Virus genome (UHGV): UHGV-1360180
DNA from: a virus
DNA: 43,730 nt
Strand: one strand, 5' to 3'
In this document: positions 26,758 through 35,997 of the stretch, piece after piece
Position numbering within the stretch: the stretch's first letter is position 1
Layout of the letters: each line of letters begins with the position of its first letter
Program-made: the position numbers and the translations under genes
The notes under the pieces: model-generated
The model's input: the letters and a program-made list of their open reading frames with translations, nothing else
Database searches by the model: none
What the model was told of the DNA's origin: nothing

Positions 26758-27222
26758 ATGATGTATGCAATTTACGTAGCGGCGATATGCGCTGCTAACT
26801 TTTCGGTAACTGTGTTTGGTCCGTTAGCGACACCGGTAAATGCCTTTCTACTTATTGGGCTTGATTTCGTAATAAGAGATAAGTTGCACGAGAGGATTGG
26901 CGTACAAAAAATATTCATACTGATACTAGTAGCTGGCATTATAAGTTTCTCCATAAACCCGGCAACCGGAAAGATTGCTGTGGCAAGCGTTGTTGCCTTC
27001 GCTTGTGCTGCCATCCTGGATGCCGTTGTTTACCAGGCACTAATCAATAAAAAGTGGCTAGTTAAGTCAAATGTAAGTAATACCGCGGCCTCGGCGGCGG
27101 ACTCTTTTATTTTCCCACTAATAGCTTTCGGTTCTTTCATGCCGCTAGTCGTACTGGGCCAATTCGCGGCTAAGGTTTTTGGCGGAGCTTTGTGGTCTTT
27201 CTTGTTGAGGAAAATTAAATGA
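26758..27222 (+). CDS. Polytopic membrane protein, candidate queuosine-precursor transporter (YhhQ/DUF165-like)
   Basis: 154 aa, ~4 hydrophobic helices; translationally coupled to TGT-like gene; family assignment from recall, not a search. Confidence 0.4.
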   Translation: MMYAIYVAAICAANFSVTVFGPLATPVNAFLLIGLDFVIRDKLHERIGVQKIFILILVAGIISFSINPATGKIAVASVVAFACAAILDAVVYQALINKKWLVKSNVSNTAASAADSFIFPLIAFGSFMPLVVLGQFAAKVFGGALWSFLLRKIK

Positions 27223-27953
27223 CGGTGCATTACCACGGGGGTCCTATTTGGGGTGGGGATGAGCTTATAAAAGCATTGTACCGTGGGGGTGGCGCTCTGG
27301 TGTCATATGCCCGCCCTGACCAAATACAAAAAATCGCCGCCTTGAGATGTAAATTAGTGTTGGACAACGGAGCTTTTTCGACATGGAAGAAAGCACCTGA
27401 CAACATAGACTGGAGCGCCCATTGGGCAGGATATTATGATTTTGTCGGAGAGTGGTTCAGTCGTATTGAGTGGTTCATTATACCGGACGTTATAGAGGGC
27501 ACGGAGGAAGAGAACGACGCATTAATAGAAACTGTCCCAGATTGGTTAAGGTCTAAGGCAGTCCCGGTGTGGCACAGTGACGAAAGCATAAGAAGACTAG
27601 TAAAGCTGTGCCGTGGGTTCAATCGGGTAGCGATAGGTTGCTGCGGACCGCACAGGGCCATACGGTCTAAGTCATGGGAGAAAAGAATGGACCAGGCGTT
27701 TAATGCGGTTTATAGAAACAGAAAATTGGATGTAAAACTCCATGGCCTTAGAATGCTGGATGGGAGGGCTCTAAGCCGTTATCCTTTCGACAGCGCTGAC
27801 AGTACAAACGTAGCTATAAATGTGCCAAAAACTAAAGCAAGACTACCTAACATAACAGACAAACTACATCGAACCGCTATAATGAGGCACACCATAGAAA
27901 TGGTTAAACCCCCTACAGTAACGGAATGGTTACTTAAAACTAAGGCCCCTTAA
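27219..27953 (+). CDS. tRNA-guanine-transglycosylase-like protein, candidate DNA 7-deazaguanine transglycosylase (DpdA-like)
   Basis: 244 aa; LVLDNGAF resembles TGT substrate-binding motif (TDSGGFQ); acidic IIPDVIEG; adjacent to transporter-like gene. Confidence 0.5.
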   Translation: MTVHYHGGPIWGGDELIKALYRGGGALVSYARPDQIQKIAALRCKLVLDNGAFSTWKKAPDNIDWSAHWAGYYDFVGEWFSRIEWFIIPDVIEGTEEENDALIETVPDWLRSKAVPVWHSDESIRRLVKLCRGFNRVAIGCCGPHRAIRSKSWEKRMDQAFNAVYRNRKLDVKLHGLRMLDGRALSRYPFDSADSTNVAINVPKTKARLPNITDKLHRTAIMRHTIEMVKPPTVTEWLLKTKAP

Positions 27954-27964
27954 CGGGGCCTTTT
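27944..27964. terminator. Bidirectional terminator
   Basis: GGCCCC-TTAAC-GGGGCC-TTTT; overlaps stop of TGT-like gene. Confidence 0.55.
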
Positions 27965-27965
27965 A

Positions 27966-28427
27966 TCATTCTGGCTTAGTGACCTTCGCCGCTTTGCTAA
28001 CGGTCTCTACGCCACCGGCATCGGTAACCTTAACGAAGTATTCGCCCGCAGCGTTAACCGTCAGAGACAAAGCCTCTTCGGGGGCGTTTACCACTTCCTT
28101 TCCGTCTTTGTACCAGGTAAGCGCGTATGGCGCTTTGCCTGCCTTAACTTCGACAGCGATAGTTGCGCTGCCGTCTGTCAGTTCTGTATCTTTCGGCTGC
28201 ACAGAGAAATACACATCGCCAGCGTCCGCCAGATACGGGATTTCATAAAGCATACCCGCCGCCGGTAACGTAATGCCGGTTTTATCCGCAAACGGCATAT
28301 CGTCTACAGGTGTACCGGGTACACTTTCATCCTCAATAAACACCACGTTCTCACCAGAGCCAGACACGCGGGCGTACTGTACTACGCGACGTGACGGTAC
28401 GTCAGTTACTTTGAAAAAGCCCATCAT
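27966..28427 (-). CDS. Hypothetical structural protein (beta-rich, possible Ig-like)
   Basis: 153 aa downstream of head morphogenesis gene. Confidence 0.35.
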   Translation of the reverse strand: MMGFFKVTDVPSRRVVQYARVSGSGENVVFIEDESVPGTPVDDMPFADKTGITLPAAGMLYEIPYLADAGDVYFSVQPKDTELTDGSATIAVEVKAGKAPYALTWYKDGKEVVNAPEEALSLTVNAAGEYFVKVTDAGGVETVSKAAKVTKPE

Positions 28428-29524
28428 TATTCCCCTTTCAGATAATCAGCAACACGTTTATCGAGTTCCGCCATCTGCTTAAGCGTCAGCGGATTCCCGA
28501 AACCATCTACAGATATTACGCGAAACTCTTCCGGCGATATACCGCTGTTACGGAAAATCTTACCGCGAACAGGGCCGAGCGCCTGGTCCTGGAACCATGC
28601 CGGTTGCTGTTTCAGGAACTCGTAATAGGTTGTGTCTGCGCTTACTTGTGTGCCGCCGTCCGCGCCCTTAGCAGCGCGTTTTGCCCCTTTATCGAGGAAG
28701 TCGAACTCTGAACTGATTACCGGAGCCGTACACGACCGACAGTTCGGATGGGCTGGTGGCATCGGCCCTTTACCGATCTCCCACGTCATTCCGTCTCTGG
28801 CTCTGCAAATCGTACTGGTACGGCTATCAAGCGTTGACACCCACTCGTACTTCTCGATGATGTCGTCGTTCTGGCGGTACGTCTCGTTACGGGCTTCGTT
28901 GGACACATGGGACAGGGCAGTGCGGATTACGGTAGCCGCGTTACGTTCAGAGATATCAGCCAGGCCACCGGCACCAACAACATTCTTTACAATCTGCCGC
29001 GTTGTCTGACCCTGAACAAAGCCCATCTTAACGCCGGTTACCAGGCGCGATACCTCTGTTTCACCCCAGCCCGACATCAGCTTAGTGAAGTCAACAGGCT
29101 TGTCACCCAACGATAAGGGTTGAAACTCGGCCGCGGCCCACACCTGCTCGGCAGTAGGCGTAACAAATTCCGCGTCTACGTTGGCGGTAAGTGTCTTTGC
29201 GTTCCACTCAGCCTCGTACGCCGCCAGTTCCTTAAGGTCTTCTGTCAGTTTTGTTTGCCAGTCGCCTGTAAGTCCGGTTAACGCTTCTTCAAGGTCGCGT
29301 AACAGTTTATTCAGTCGCGCAGTGCTGCGCCCATCGTCGCCGAATAGCAGAACCTGCCGTTTGATTTCATCTCGCATTTCCTGAATGAACGGCGCGAGGT
29401 CTTTCACCTCACCGGATGCGGTGCGTTGCAGCCATATCTGGTGGCTGATTAGGGATGTAAGTAAGCTCATAAGCCCTCCTGTCGTATCGACAGTGTAACG
29501 CATAAAAATAATATTTGCAGACAC
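28427..29524 (-). CDS. Head morphogenesis protein (minor head protein family, putative)
   Basis: 365 aa directly downstream of portal gene, the usual position for this family. Confidence 0.45.
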   Translation of the reverse strand: MSANIIFMRYTVDTTGGLMSLLTSLISHQIWLQRTASGEVKDLAPFIQEMRDEIKRQVLLFGDDGRSTARLNKLLRDLEEALTGLTGDWQTKLTEDLKELAAYEAEWNAKTLTANVDAEFVTPTAEQVWAAAEFQPLSLGDKPVDFTKLMSGWGETEVSRLVTGVKMGFVQGQTTRQIVKNVVGAGGLADISERNAATVIRTALSHVSNEARNETYRQNDDIIEKYEWVSTLDSRTSTICRARDGMTWEIGKGPMPPAHPNCRSCTAPVISSEFDFLDKGAKRAAKGADGGTQVSADTTYYEFLKQQPAWFQDQALGPVRGKIFRNSGISPEEFRVISVDGFGNPLTLKQMAELDKRVADYLKGE

Positions 29525-29547
29525 CAGTATAATAGGGTACTATTCAC
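29515..29547 (+). promoter_or_regulatory. Conserved 33-bp promoter (TTGCAG-N17-TACTAT variant) with AATAGGGTACTATT palindrome
   Basis: TTGCAGACACCAGTATAATAGGGTACTATTCAC upstream of single-gene island. Confidence 0.5.
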
Positions 29548-29585
29548 GTATAGGTGCTATTGAACGGAAAGAGAGGTTTACTAAA

Positions 29586-29900
29586 ATGATTGATTATCGT
29601 GCTCGCGCCACAAAAGCGGAACAAGAGAACGCTGTTTTAAGAGATAAATTAGCAAAAAAGCCTAATTTTGCTTGGTTCGTAGAGCAGGTAAGGTCTATGC
29701 TTAAAATACGTGCTGACGCACCTTTTAACGAAATAATAGCTAAGATTAAGGTATTGCGCGACAATCAAGAGCTATATAGAGAGGGTGCCGCAGTTCGTAA
29801 GTCCAACGATGAAGATGCAGAAAGATACTTCAATGAGGGTGTAGAGGAAGGAAAAAGAATGGAACGCGATAGAATTAAAAAACTAATAGGAAAAGTCTAA
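29586..29900 (+). CDS. Hypothetical protein (single-gene island)
   Basis: 104 aa, charged/helical; RBS GAGAGG; own promoter and terminator; opposite strand to flanking portal/head genes. Confidence 0.45.
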   Translation: MIDYRARATKAEQENAVLRDKLAKKPNFAWFVEQVRSMLKIRADAPFNEIIAKIKVLRDNQELYREGAAVRKSNDEDAERYFNEGVEEGKRMERDRIKKLIGKV

Positions 29901-29920
29901 GGCCCCTTATGGGGCCTTTT
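29901..29920. terminator. Bidirectional terminator
   Basis: GGCCCC-TTAT-GGGGCC-TTTT. Confidence 0.55.
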
Positions 29921-29922
29921 CT

Positions 29923-31392
29923 TTACTGTTGTGGTTGCGCCGACTGCGGAATCTCCCCAGATACCTGAGTAACAGCACCCAACGGCAGCGGTGCATCCTC
30001 AATAGCGTTCTGAATGTCCTCGTCTGTCCAGTCAGTTACGCCCGCCTTGCGTAATGCCGCGTAGTAAGCAGTAGCCGGTAGCAGGCCTGCGTTAATATCA
30101 GCCATCCACTGAGCGCGGTCCTGCGCGGTCATAGGTTGCAGGAAGAACTCCATATTCAGTTTGAACTCAATCTCTGTGCCTTCGCGCAATCCGAGCATCG
30201 CAGCTACCCAGCGCAATGCATCGGTATATGCCATGCTTACATTACGTGCAATTGTCGCCATAACGGACGTGTCAGCGCCGCGTTGCAGGCGGGCAGATTC
30301 AGCGGTGATTTGCTGTGTCGGGGTGATAAGCTGCGCACCAATCTGGATGGCCTGATTCTCTTTATCCAGCATGTTCTGCTTGGCGAGGTTGTTCTCTCCC
30401 GCCTGGACCAGAAACGCATTGCCGCCGTAGCCGATGTTATGGCCAGAACGCGACCCCATGCGCACACCGTGTGGGTTGGCTTCTTTCCACTGCTCCAGGC
30501 TCATATTCTCGCCCGGGGCGATGAACAGAGTGGGCTGGCCCACAACGAAGCTGGACTCCTCATTGTCCGCGCTGTTGCGGAAATGCCCGATATTAAGCTC
30601 AGCCAACGGCAGCAAAGGCGCATCGTCGATGGTTGCGTCGTTGTTGCTCGCCCCGATGAACGTGAACGGGATTTTTCCGCGTAACTGTTCGCCGAGTTCC
30701 GGGAATATTTCGATTACTTCGCCCTGAGCACCACCTTCGGCGTCGAAGCGGTAAATGCGCTGACGGTATCGTCCGTCAATCAAATCAAGAACGCGATACT
30801 GCTCACCGAATTTTGTTTCGAACTCTGCGCCAGGTTCGGAGTATTCCCATACTTCGCGCAACACGACCATTGTCACGCGGTTAACCGAACCGATGCGTGT
30901 CAGCCGCCAGTTGATGATGTTCTCTGCGGTGTAGAATGCGATTACCGGATTTAATAATCCTGCGTTCTGTTCTGCCGCCGTTGCCGCGGCTGTCTCCGGG
31001 GCGTCCACCAGCAACCCGCCACGGCCAACCGAGTCAACCTCCATCAGCGTATCCTGCGCGTGCTGCCACAGCCCGACACCGGAGCCGTCGGCGTTACGTA
31101 ACAGATACTCAAGCTCAGGCGGAATAATCTGCTCGGGGTCTTTACGCATCACTGACCCAACCATCCCCGCCAGGGTGCGCTTGGTGAAGTTGTAGCAGAT
31201 AGCGCCGTTCTCGTATTCTTCCTGGCGCTGTGCCGCGTAGGTCGGGTCCGGTTCGTTCTTCCCGACGTTGCGCAGGTAGCGAATAAGGTCGCCCTCCAGC
31301 GCGTGGCGTACCTTCTGCCATTTATCAAAGTGATGCAGCCATTCCCGGTGTTTTGTCTTAACACCCTGATTCTGACCGTTCATAGTTAACAT
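29923..31392 (-). CDS. Portal protein
   Basis: 489 aa immediately downstream of terminase large subunit. Confidence 0.6.
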   Translation of the reverse strand: MLTMNGQNQGVKTKHREWLHHFDKWQKVRHALEGDLIRYLRNVGKNEPDPTYAAQRQEEYENGAICYNFTKRTLAGMVGSVMRKDPEQIIPPELEYLLRNADGSGVGLWQHAQDTLMEVDSVGRGGLLVDAPETAAATAAEQNAGLLNPVIAFYTAENIINWRLTRIGSVNRVTMVVLREVWEYSEPGAEFETKFGEQYRVLDLIDGRYRQRIYRFDAEGGAQGEVIEIFPELGEQLRGKIPFTFIGASNNDATIDDAPLLPLAELNIGHFRNSADNEESSFVVGQPTLFIAPGENMSLEQWKEANPHGVRMGSRSGHNIGYGGNAFLVQAGENNLAKQNMLDKENQAIQIGAQLITPTQQITAESARLQRGADTSVMATIARNVSMAYTDALRWVAAMLGLREGTEIEFKLNMEFFLQPMTAQDRAQWMADINAGLLPATAYYAALRKAGVTDWTDEDIQNAIEDAPLPLGAVTQVSGEIPQSAQPQQ

Positions 31393-31404
31393 TGAATAAT
31401 CCTC

Positions 31405-32655
31405 TTAAAGTGCGAAAGTCACCGGGATGTTGATTACTGGTTTAACCACCGGCATCTCGTAAACTACAGGATAGCCAAGCGCATCCGCCATATGGTCAAT
31501 GATGCCGTCTTTAGCTGGCTCTCCGTTGTCGTCGTACGCCTGTTGCTCCAGCGTCTTGGCTATCTCCGGGCATAAGTGGTCGTTAACCCACAGCTTACCT
31601 TTTTCCAGCGCGGTATTCACCGCTAAAACACGGTCTTTAACCGGCGGGTTGGCGGATTTAGCCCGCACATCGAATCCGGCCTGCTGAAGTAAGGCGATGT
31701 CAGAGATTGACGCTGAGTTGGTCTTGCGGTTCTTGCCGCTGGCGTCCGGGTACACGACGATGCGGTGCCCTTGTGACTTCCACTTCTCGGTAATAACGCG
31801 CACGGTGTCAGGCGTATCGAACAGGCCTTTCAGTTCTGCTACTGCGTGCCACCCGTCCTGGCGTTGCACATACACGGCGCTGGCGTTTTTCGTAACGTTG
31901 AAGTCCTGCCCTATGTATAACGTGTCGCCAGGTTGTATTGTCTCTTTGCTGCGGTGCTTGAGACGGTCATACGCGTAGTACACGCTGCCGGAAGTCAGGT
32001 TGACGAACTCACCGTTCAGATATGCGTTAATCAACTGCGCCGGGTAAGTCTCGGTCAGCGAGCTGATGTAATCCGGAGGCAGGAATCGCGCGTTCTCGTG
32101 GGTGGAGGCCTGAACCATTGAGTAACTCGGCGTCGGGTTATCTTTGAACTTGGCGAAGACGAACTTAAACCCTTCCGGTGTCGTGGTTACAGAGATGTGG
32201 TTTGTTACGCCAGGAATAACCAGACGCATACGGGCTACGATTTTGTTCCACGCCAGCTCAGCTTTCTCGCGGCTCAGTACGTCCAACTCATCCACGACCG
32301 CAGCGGCGATTTTGAAACCCACAATCGAACCGGGGTTATCCATCGAGCGGCAGATAACAGTTCCTAGCACCGTCTTACCGCGAGTAACCACGACTTCTTT
32401 GTCGCCGGATTTAACCAGCACATCAAGGCCGAGCAGGTTAGCCGCTTCCTCGAATGTCGGGTAGAAGATATCGCGGATAGCCGGGTATGTCGGGCCGAAG
32501 TAGCCGAGGCGTGTACCCGGATGCTTGAGCATGAACGTAAGCAGGTCGAGACAGCCAACGAACGTCTTGCCGCTGCCGAAGCCGCCAACATAGGCTTTGT
32601 ATTTGTTATCACAATTCAGGAATAACGCCTGTGGTGCGGATAGCTGAATACTCAT
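31405..32655 (-). CDS. terL: Terminase large subunit
   Basis: Walker A VGGFGSGKT near N-terminus; 416 aa; upstream of portal. Confidence 0.75.
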   Translation of the reverse strand: MSIQLSAPQALFLNCDNKYKAYVGGFGSGKTFVGCLDLLTFMLKHPGTRLGYFGPTYPAIRDIFYPTFEEAANLLGLDVLVKSGDKEVVVTRGKTVLGTVICRSMDNPGSIVGFKIAAAVVDELDVLSREKAELAWNKIVARMRLVIPGVTNHISVTTTPEGFKFVFAKFKDNPTPSYSMVQASTHENARFLPPDYISSLTETYPAQLINAYLNGEFVNLTSGSVYYAYDRLKHRSKETIQPGDTLYIGQDFNVTKNASAVYVQRQDGWHAVAELKGLFDTPDTVRVITEKWKSQGHRIVVYPDASGKNRKTNSASISDIALLQQAGFDVRAKSANPPVKDRVLAVNTALEKGKLWVNDHLCPEIAKTLEQQAYDDNGEPAKDGIIDHMADALGYPVVYEMPVVKPVINIPVTFAL

Positions 32656-33236
32656 TCCTCTACCTCGCCCATATTCGTTGTTACGATTTTCCCCACAGGC
32701 TCTGCAACACTGAAAATAATCTCAGTCGGTGTTGTTTCTTCGGTGGACTCAACCGGTTTCTCTTTGCTGAGTCCCAGTTTCGCGGCGGCAAACGTAGCGG
32801 AGATACCCGCGGCCCCTGTCTCAGTGAAATATGCCTCTTCCAGCGCCTGTGCGGTTTCATAGGCTTCTGCAAATGCGGGAATCTCGCGCAGCCACAGCTT
32901 AATAATCGGGATAGTGACGCCAATATGTAAGGCGAATCGGGCCAGTGACGGTGGTTTATCCTGAATCAGCGGGCGTTCATCGCCCTTAGACGTAGGCACA
33001 AGTTCCCACGACGTGCGGTCGAAGAACTCGATTAATTCGTCGCAATAGTCCGGGTCCCACAACGCTGCGGAATTGCGGGACGATTGATAAAGGCTCTGTT
33101 TGCCGCGCGGTCGTCTACGGCGACGGTTTGCACTAACAGCCTCTTCATGCGCAGCTTGCACCACCTCTGGCGATGGCTGCTTGAGTTTCAGCTTCATAGA
33201 ATCCCCTTGCATATGCGTCTGACCATCAGAGCGCAT
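32652..33236 (-). CDS. Terminase small subunit (putative)
   Basis: 194 aa overlapping start of terL; basic N-terminal region; true start may be internal Met. Confidence 0.4.
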   Translation of the reverse strand: MRSDGQTHMQGDSMKLKLKQPSPEVVQAAHEEAVSANRRRRRPRGKQSLYQSSRNSAALWDPDYCDELIEFFDRTSWELVPTSKGDERPLIQDKPPSLARFALHIGVTIPIIKLWLREIPAFAEAYETAQALEEAYFTETGAAGISATFAAAKLGLSKEKPVESTEETTPTEIIFSVAEPVGKIVTTNMGEVEE

Positions 33237-33293
33237 CAGACGCGCCCTACGCGTCTAAAGGGATTATATAGGGGGATTAGGCGGGATGTACAG

Positions 33294-33315
33294 AAAAGCC
33301 CTCCGTAGAGGGCTT
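33294..33315 (-). terminator. Rho-independent terminator (minus strand)
   Basis: GCCCTC-CGTA-GAGGGC with T-tract on minus strand; separates early gene block from terminase genes. Confidence 0.4.
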
Positions 33316-33318
33316 GTA

Positions 33319-33552
33319 TTAGTTATATAGGCCGTGTCGTAGTGCTATTTTACCGTCGCCGCCGTAGTGGTTGTTAGCTACAGCGATAGCCCAGGCGTTA
33401 GGGATGATTAGTAGTCTCATTTTAAGAATCTCAACATGGCGTCCGCGATACCAGACGTCGCTAACCCGAAAAACATAGGCCACCAGATATATCTGGGTAG
33501 ATTGGTAAATGTTTTTGGGTTGACCCAGAAAGCCATTAAAAACGCGAACCAA
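33319..33552 (-). CDS. Hypothetical protein
   Basis: ORF track; hydrophobic C-terminal segment. Confidence 0.3.
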   Translation of the reverse strand: MVRVFNGFLGQPKNIYQSTQIYLVAYVFRVSDVWYRGRHVEILKMRLLIIPNAWAIAVANNHYGGDGKIALRHGLYN

Positions 33553-33592
33553 AACACCTTGAGGCCGATGTTGTTAAGTAATTCTAAGATAA

Positions 33593-33829
33593 TCATCCCC
33601 CGCTCTCCTCTTTAGCAATACGTTGCTCTGTTTTAGTGATACCACGGCGCGTGAATAACACCGGGCTTGTCTTAACGTGCGTCATCAGACGGTTGTTATA
33701 AATTACGTGGCGCTCGCAATCAACGTCTTTGCTGTACTTCGCAATCGTCATTTCGTTGATGCCGGTTTGTCGGCATGCCTCCGCCATCGTGCCGAATTCT
33801 TTAATCAGGTTCGGAATGCTGGTAATCAT
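33593..33829 (-). CDS. Hypothetical protein, possible small DNA-binding protein
   Basis: 78 aa; segment AEACRQTGINEMTIAKY resembles HTH. Confidence 0.3.
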   Translation of the reverse strand: MITSIPNLIKEFGTMAEACRQTGINEMTIAKYSKDVDCERHVIYNNRLMTHVKTSPVLFTRRGITKTEQRIAKEESGG

Positions 33830-34047
33830 TCTGGTGCAATCTCCGATACACTAAGAATAATAACTTCGGCGCCGTTCGGGAGAGATTTTGCGATGTCCTG
33901 TTCAATTTCCCTTAGTTCGCTGTAGGTGAATTTATCACTGCCGGTGAGTACTTGCTCAGTATTCCCAAACCCACTACGCCCGGTATTGTCCGCCCAGTTG
34001 AAACCAATTAAGAAGTGTTTCGTCATAAGAAATTCCTCGTTGTCCAC
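33826..34047 (-). CDS. Hypothetical protein
   Basis: ORF track; coupled start/stop with neighbours. Confidence 0.3.
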   Translation of the reverse strand: MDNEEFLMTKHFLIGFNWADNTGRSGFGNTEQVLTGSDKFTYSELREIEQDIAKSLPNGAEVIILSVSEIAPE

Positions 34048-34179
34048 ATCGCATTCGGGTATTTGTTATCACGGTCTTGAACCACAGCAATCATGTTACC
34101 TCGTTGCACGAGGCAGAAGTGCCGTTGCTGCTCTCCGTTGTAGCGACGCCAGATTGCTTCTTCGATTGCTGCGTTGATG

Positions 34180-34440
34180 TCACTGAACATGCCCAACACC
34201 CCACATAAATATCATCCCAACCGCTACACCAATCAAAATTGATACTGGCGTATCAATCCAAGCCCTCTGGCTGCGCAAAGTCTCGGCGTTCTCCAGAATG
34301 TCGCGAACACGCGTTAAGTGTTCAATCTCCAGTTTCGCAGCGGTAAGTTCCTGGGTCGCTTTTGAATATTTACCGTTAATTCTGTCGAGAGCCTTCTTAA
34401 GGTCTTTATTGTTCTTCTTGAGTTGCTCAATCTGTTCCAT
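34180..34440 (-). CDS. Hypothetical membrane-anchored coiled-coil protein
   Basis: 86 aa; coiled-coil N-terminus, C-terminal hydrophobic segment VSILIGVAVGMIFMWGV. Confidence 0.35.
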   Translation of the reverse strand: MEQIEQLKKNNKDLKKALDRINGKYSKATQELTAAKLEIEHLTRVRDILENAETLRSQRAWIDTPVSILIGVAVGMIFMWGVGHVQ

Positions 34441-34442
34441 AA

Positions 34443-34637
34443 CTACCCCACTATCTCATCACCGAGCCACGCCGTTTCTCGTATATCGTCGACCACACAA
34501 GCGGCGTGCTCACGGCTAATTGCAAAAATGTAGAAGCTGAACTTCTTCCCGTCGGCGTCGATGTGGTTAACCGAGTAAGGTTTCCACAGGACACCATCAA
34601 TTACTACTGGTTTAGGCGACTCCATACGCTTTACCAC
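34443..34637 (-). CDS. Hypothetical protein
   Basis: 64 aa ORF, coupled to neighbours. Confidence 0.3.
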   Translation of the reverse strand: MVKRMESPKPVVIDGVLWKPYSVNHIDADGKKFSFYIFAISREHAACVVDDIRETAWLGDEIVG

Positions 34638-34869
34638 ATTTTAAGCATGTGGCTCGATGTACCCCATCAACTAAATGCAGGCGGTAATCATGCTCGCAGG
34701 CGTTCATCTTTTCCTCTTCTCCTCTCAACAACATGAGAAGAACCTTAAATGCGGCTAACTGGTACTCACCGTTAATCGACAGTTGCCCGCCTAACGTCTG
34801 TTTCTCTGACTCAAGCACCAGAATACGGCGCTCAAGTGATGCGATTGTGATTTTAGGCATCAGTGTCAC
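34612..34869 (-). CDS. Hypothetical protein with C-terminal Cys pairs
   Basis: 85 aa; CEHD...CLKCG pattern. Confidence 0.3.
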   Translation of the reverse strand: MTLMPKITIASLERRILVLESEKQTLGGQLSINGEYQLAAFKVLLMLLRGEEEKMNACEHDYRLHLVDGVHRATCLKCGKAYGVA

Positions 34870-35177
34870 CTTTGTTCAGGTTGAAGCGGTTAATCAGTTC
34901 GCGGCGGCGTTCCATAAGTTTATCTACCTGCCGTAAGTGGTGCTCAATGTGGGAGTCAATCCACGCGATTTCAGATTCACCGGTTGCGGATTCGACGCTA
35001 AGTTTCTCGTATTCGTTATTAGTCATTCTTTACGCTCTCCCCACATGCGATTGAGATACTTGTTCTTGTCCGGCCCCGGGAAACTGTTACGTTTCATCAG
35101 TTCCTCGCGTGTCGGGAACGGGGTGTGACTGACTTTACGGCCTACTCGTAATGGTTGGCTCACTGGACCTTGTTCGC

Positions 35178-35327
35178 TCATTTCTTCTCTCCTGCATAAG
35201 CTGCTTTCAGTGTCTGCATCGCGGCGAACCAGAACGCATCCGCGGGAATGCTGTTGCTCAGGTTACTAACTGCGATGCGTGCCATCAGTTGTGCGTCTTT
35301 GAATGCTTCGATATCTGTGATTTTCAT
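35178..35327 (-). CDS. Small hypothetical protein (49 aa)
   Basis: Manual translation MKITDIEAFKDAQLMARIAV...; first ORF after minus-strand promoter at 35360-35395. Confidence 0.25.
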   Translation of the reverse strand: MKITDIEAFKDAQLMARIAVSNLSNSIPADAFWFAAMQTLKAAYAGEKK

Positions 35328-35359
35328 TTTCTCTACTCCGTTCTCGTTGTTGATGGAGT

Positions 35360-35395
35360 AAATATAATAGGGTCTAGGGTAATAGTCAACTAGTC
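35360..35395 (-). promoter_or_regulatory. Promoter-like TTGACT-N17-TATATT (minus strand)
   Basis: Reverse complement reads TTGACTATTACCCTAGACCCTATTATATT; contains ACCCTATTAT related to the conserved promoter core. Confidence 0.3.
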
Positions 35396-35410
35396 ATTGC
35401 AGAAAATAAA

Positions 35411-35443
35411 TAAAAAAAAATCCCGGCTGTGCCAGGGCCGGGA
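35411..35443 (-). terminator. Rho-independent terminator after lysis cassette
   Basis: CCCGGC-9 nt loop-GCCGGG followed on minus strand by nine T. Confidence 0.5.
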
Positions 35444-35508
35444 TAAAACTGGAGAGCAGAGGGATGGAGCAGGAGGTGATTTAAGTATCGTCGGATTAGT
35501 ATTATGTG

Positions 35509-35997
35509 TCAACCTTTCACCGCGCGCCCGATAGCCTCAGCCTCCCGCCACGGTTTACCGTCGAACAGCGCCAGACGACCGGCTGTACGGCGGCGCAGGC
35601 CGAGTAACGGTTTGCCGTTCTGATTGATGAACAGCGCCAGCTTAGCCCGCAGTGTCGCAATATCGCCAGAACGCAGCGCCTTACCGGTTCCGGTAGTAGC
35701 CGCAATCACGCCAGCACCAGCGTTATATACCAGGTCGCACACTGCATCGAACTGAGCCTGTGTAAGCGAATGGTGTGCGGCTGCGTCAACCGCAGCTACG
35801 GCCTTAGCCATATCGCGATTCAGCAACAGGAGGCCTTGCCCAGGCGTAATGGTCTTGCCTGGTGTTACATCCGGCCCGTAGTGACCGTAGCCTATGGTAA
35901 GGTACTTCTCGTTCGGCGTAGCGCGATACGCAGTTCCGCGGAACCCCTCGAACGCGGCGGTAAAATGCAATCCATTATCTGAAATATTTCGAGACAC
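35509..35997 (-). CDS. Endolysin, lysozyme (GH24-like)
   Basis: ORF track 35509..36048 (TTG); likely GTG at 35997 after GGAGG. Motif FEGFRGTAYRATPNEKYLTIGYGH typical of phage lysozymes. Confidence 0.7.
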   Translation of the reverse strand: MSRNISDNGLHFTAAFEGFRGTAYRATPNEKYLTIGYGHYGPDVTPGKTITPGQGLLLLNRDMAKAVAAVDAAAHHSLTQAQFDAVCDLVYNAGAGVIAATTGTGKALRSGDIATLRAKLALFINQNGKPLLGLRRRTAGRLALFDGKPWREAEAIGRAVKG

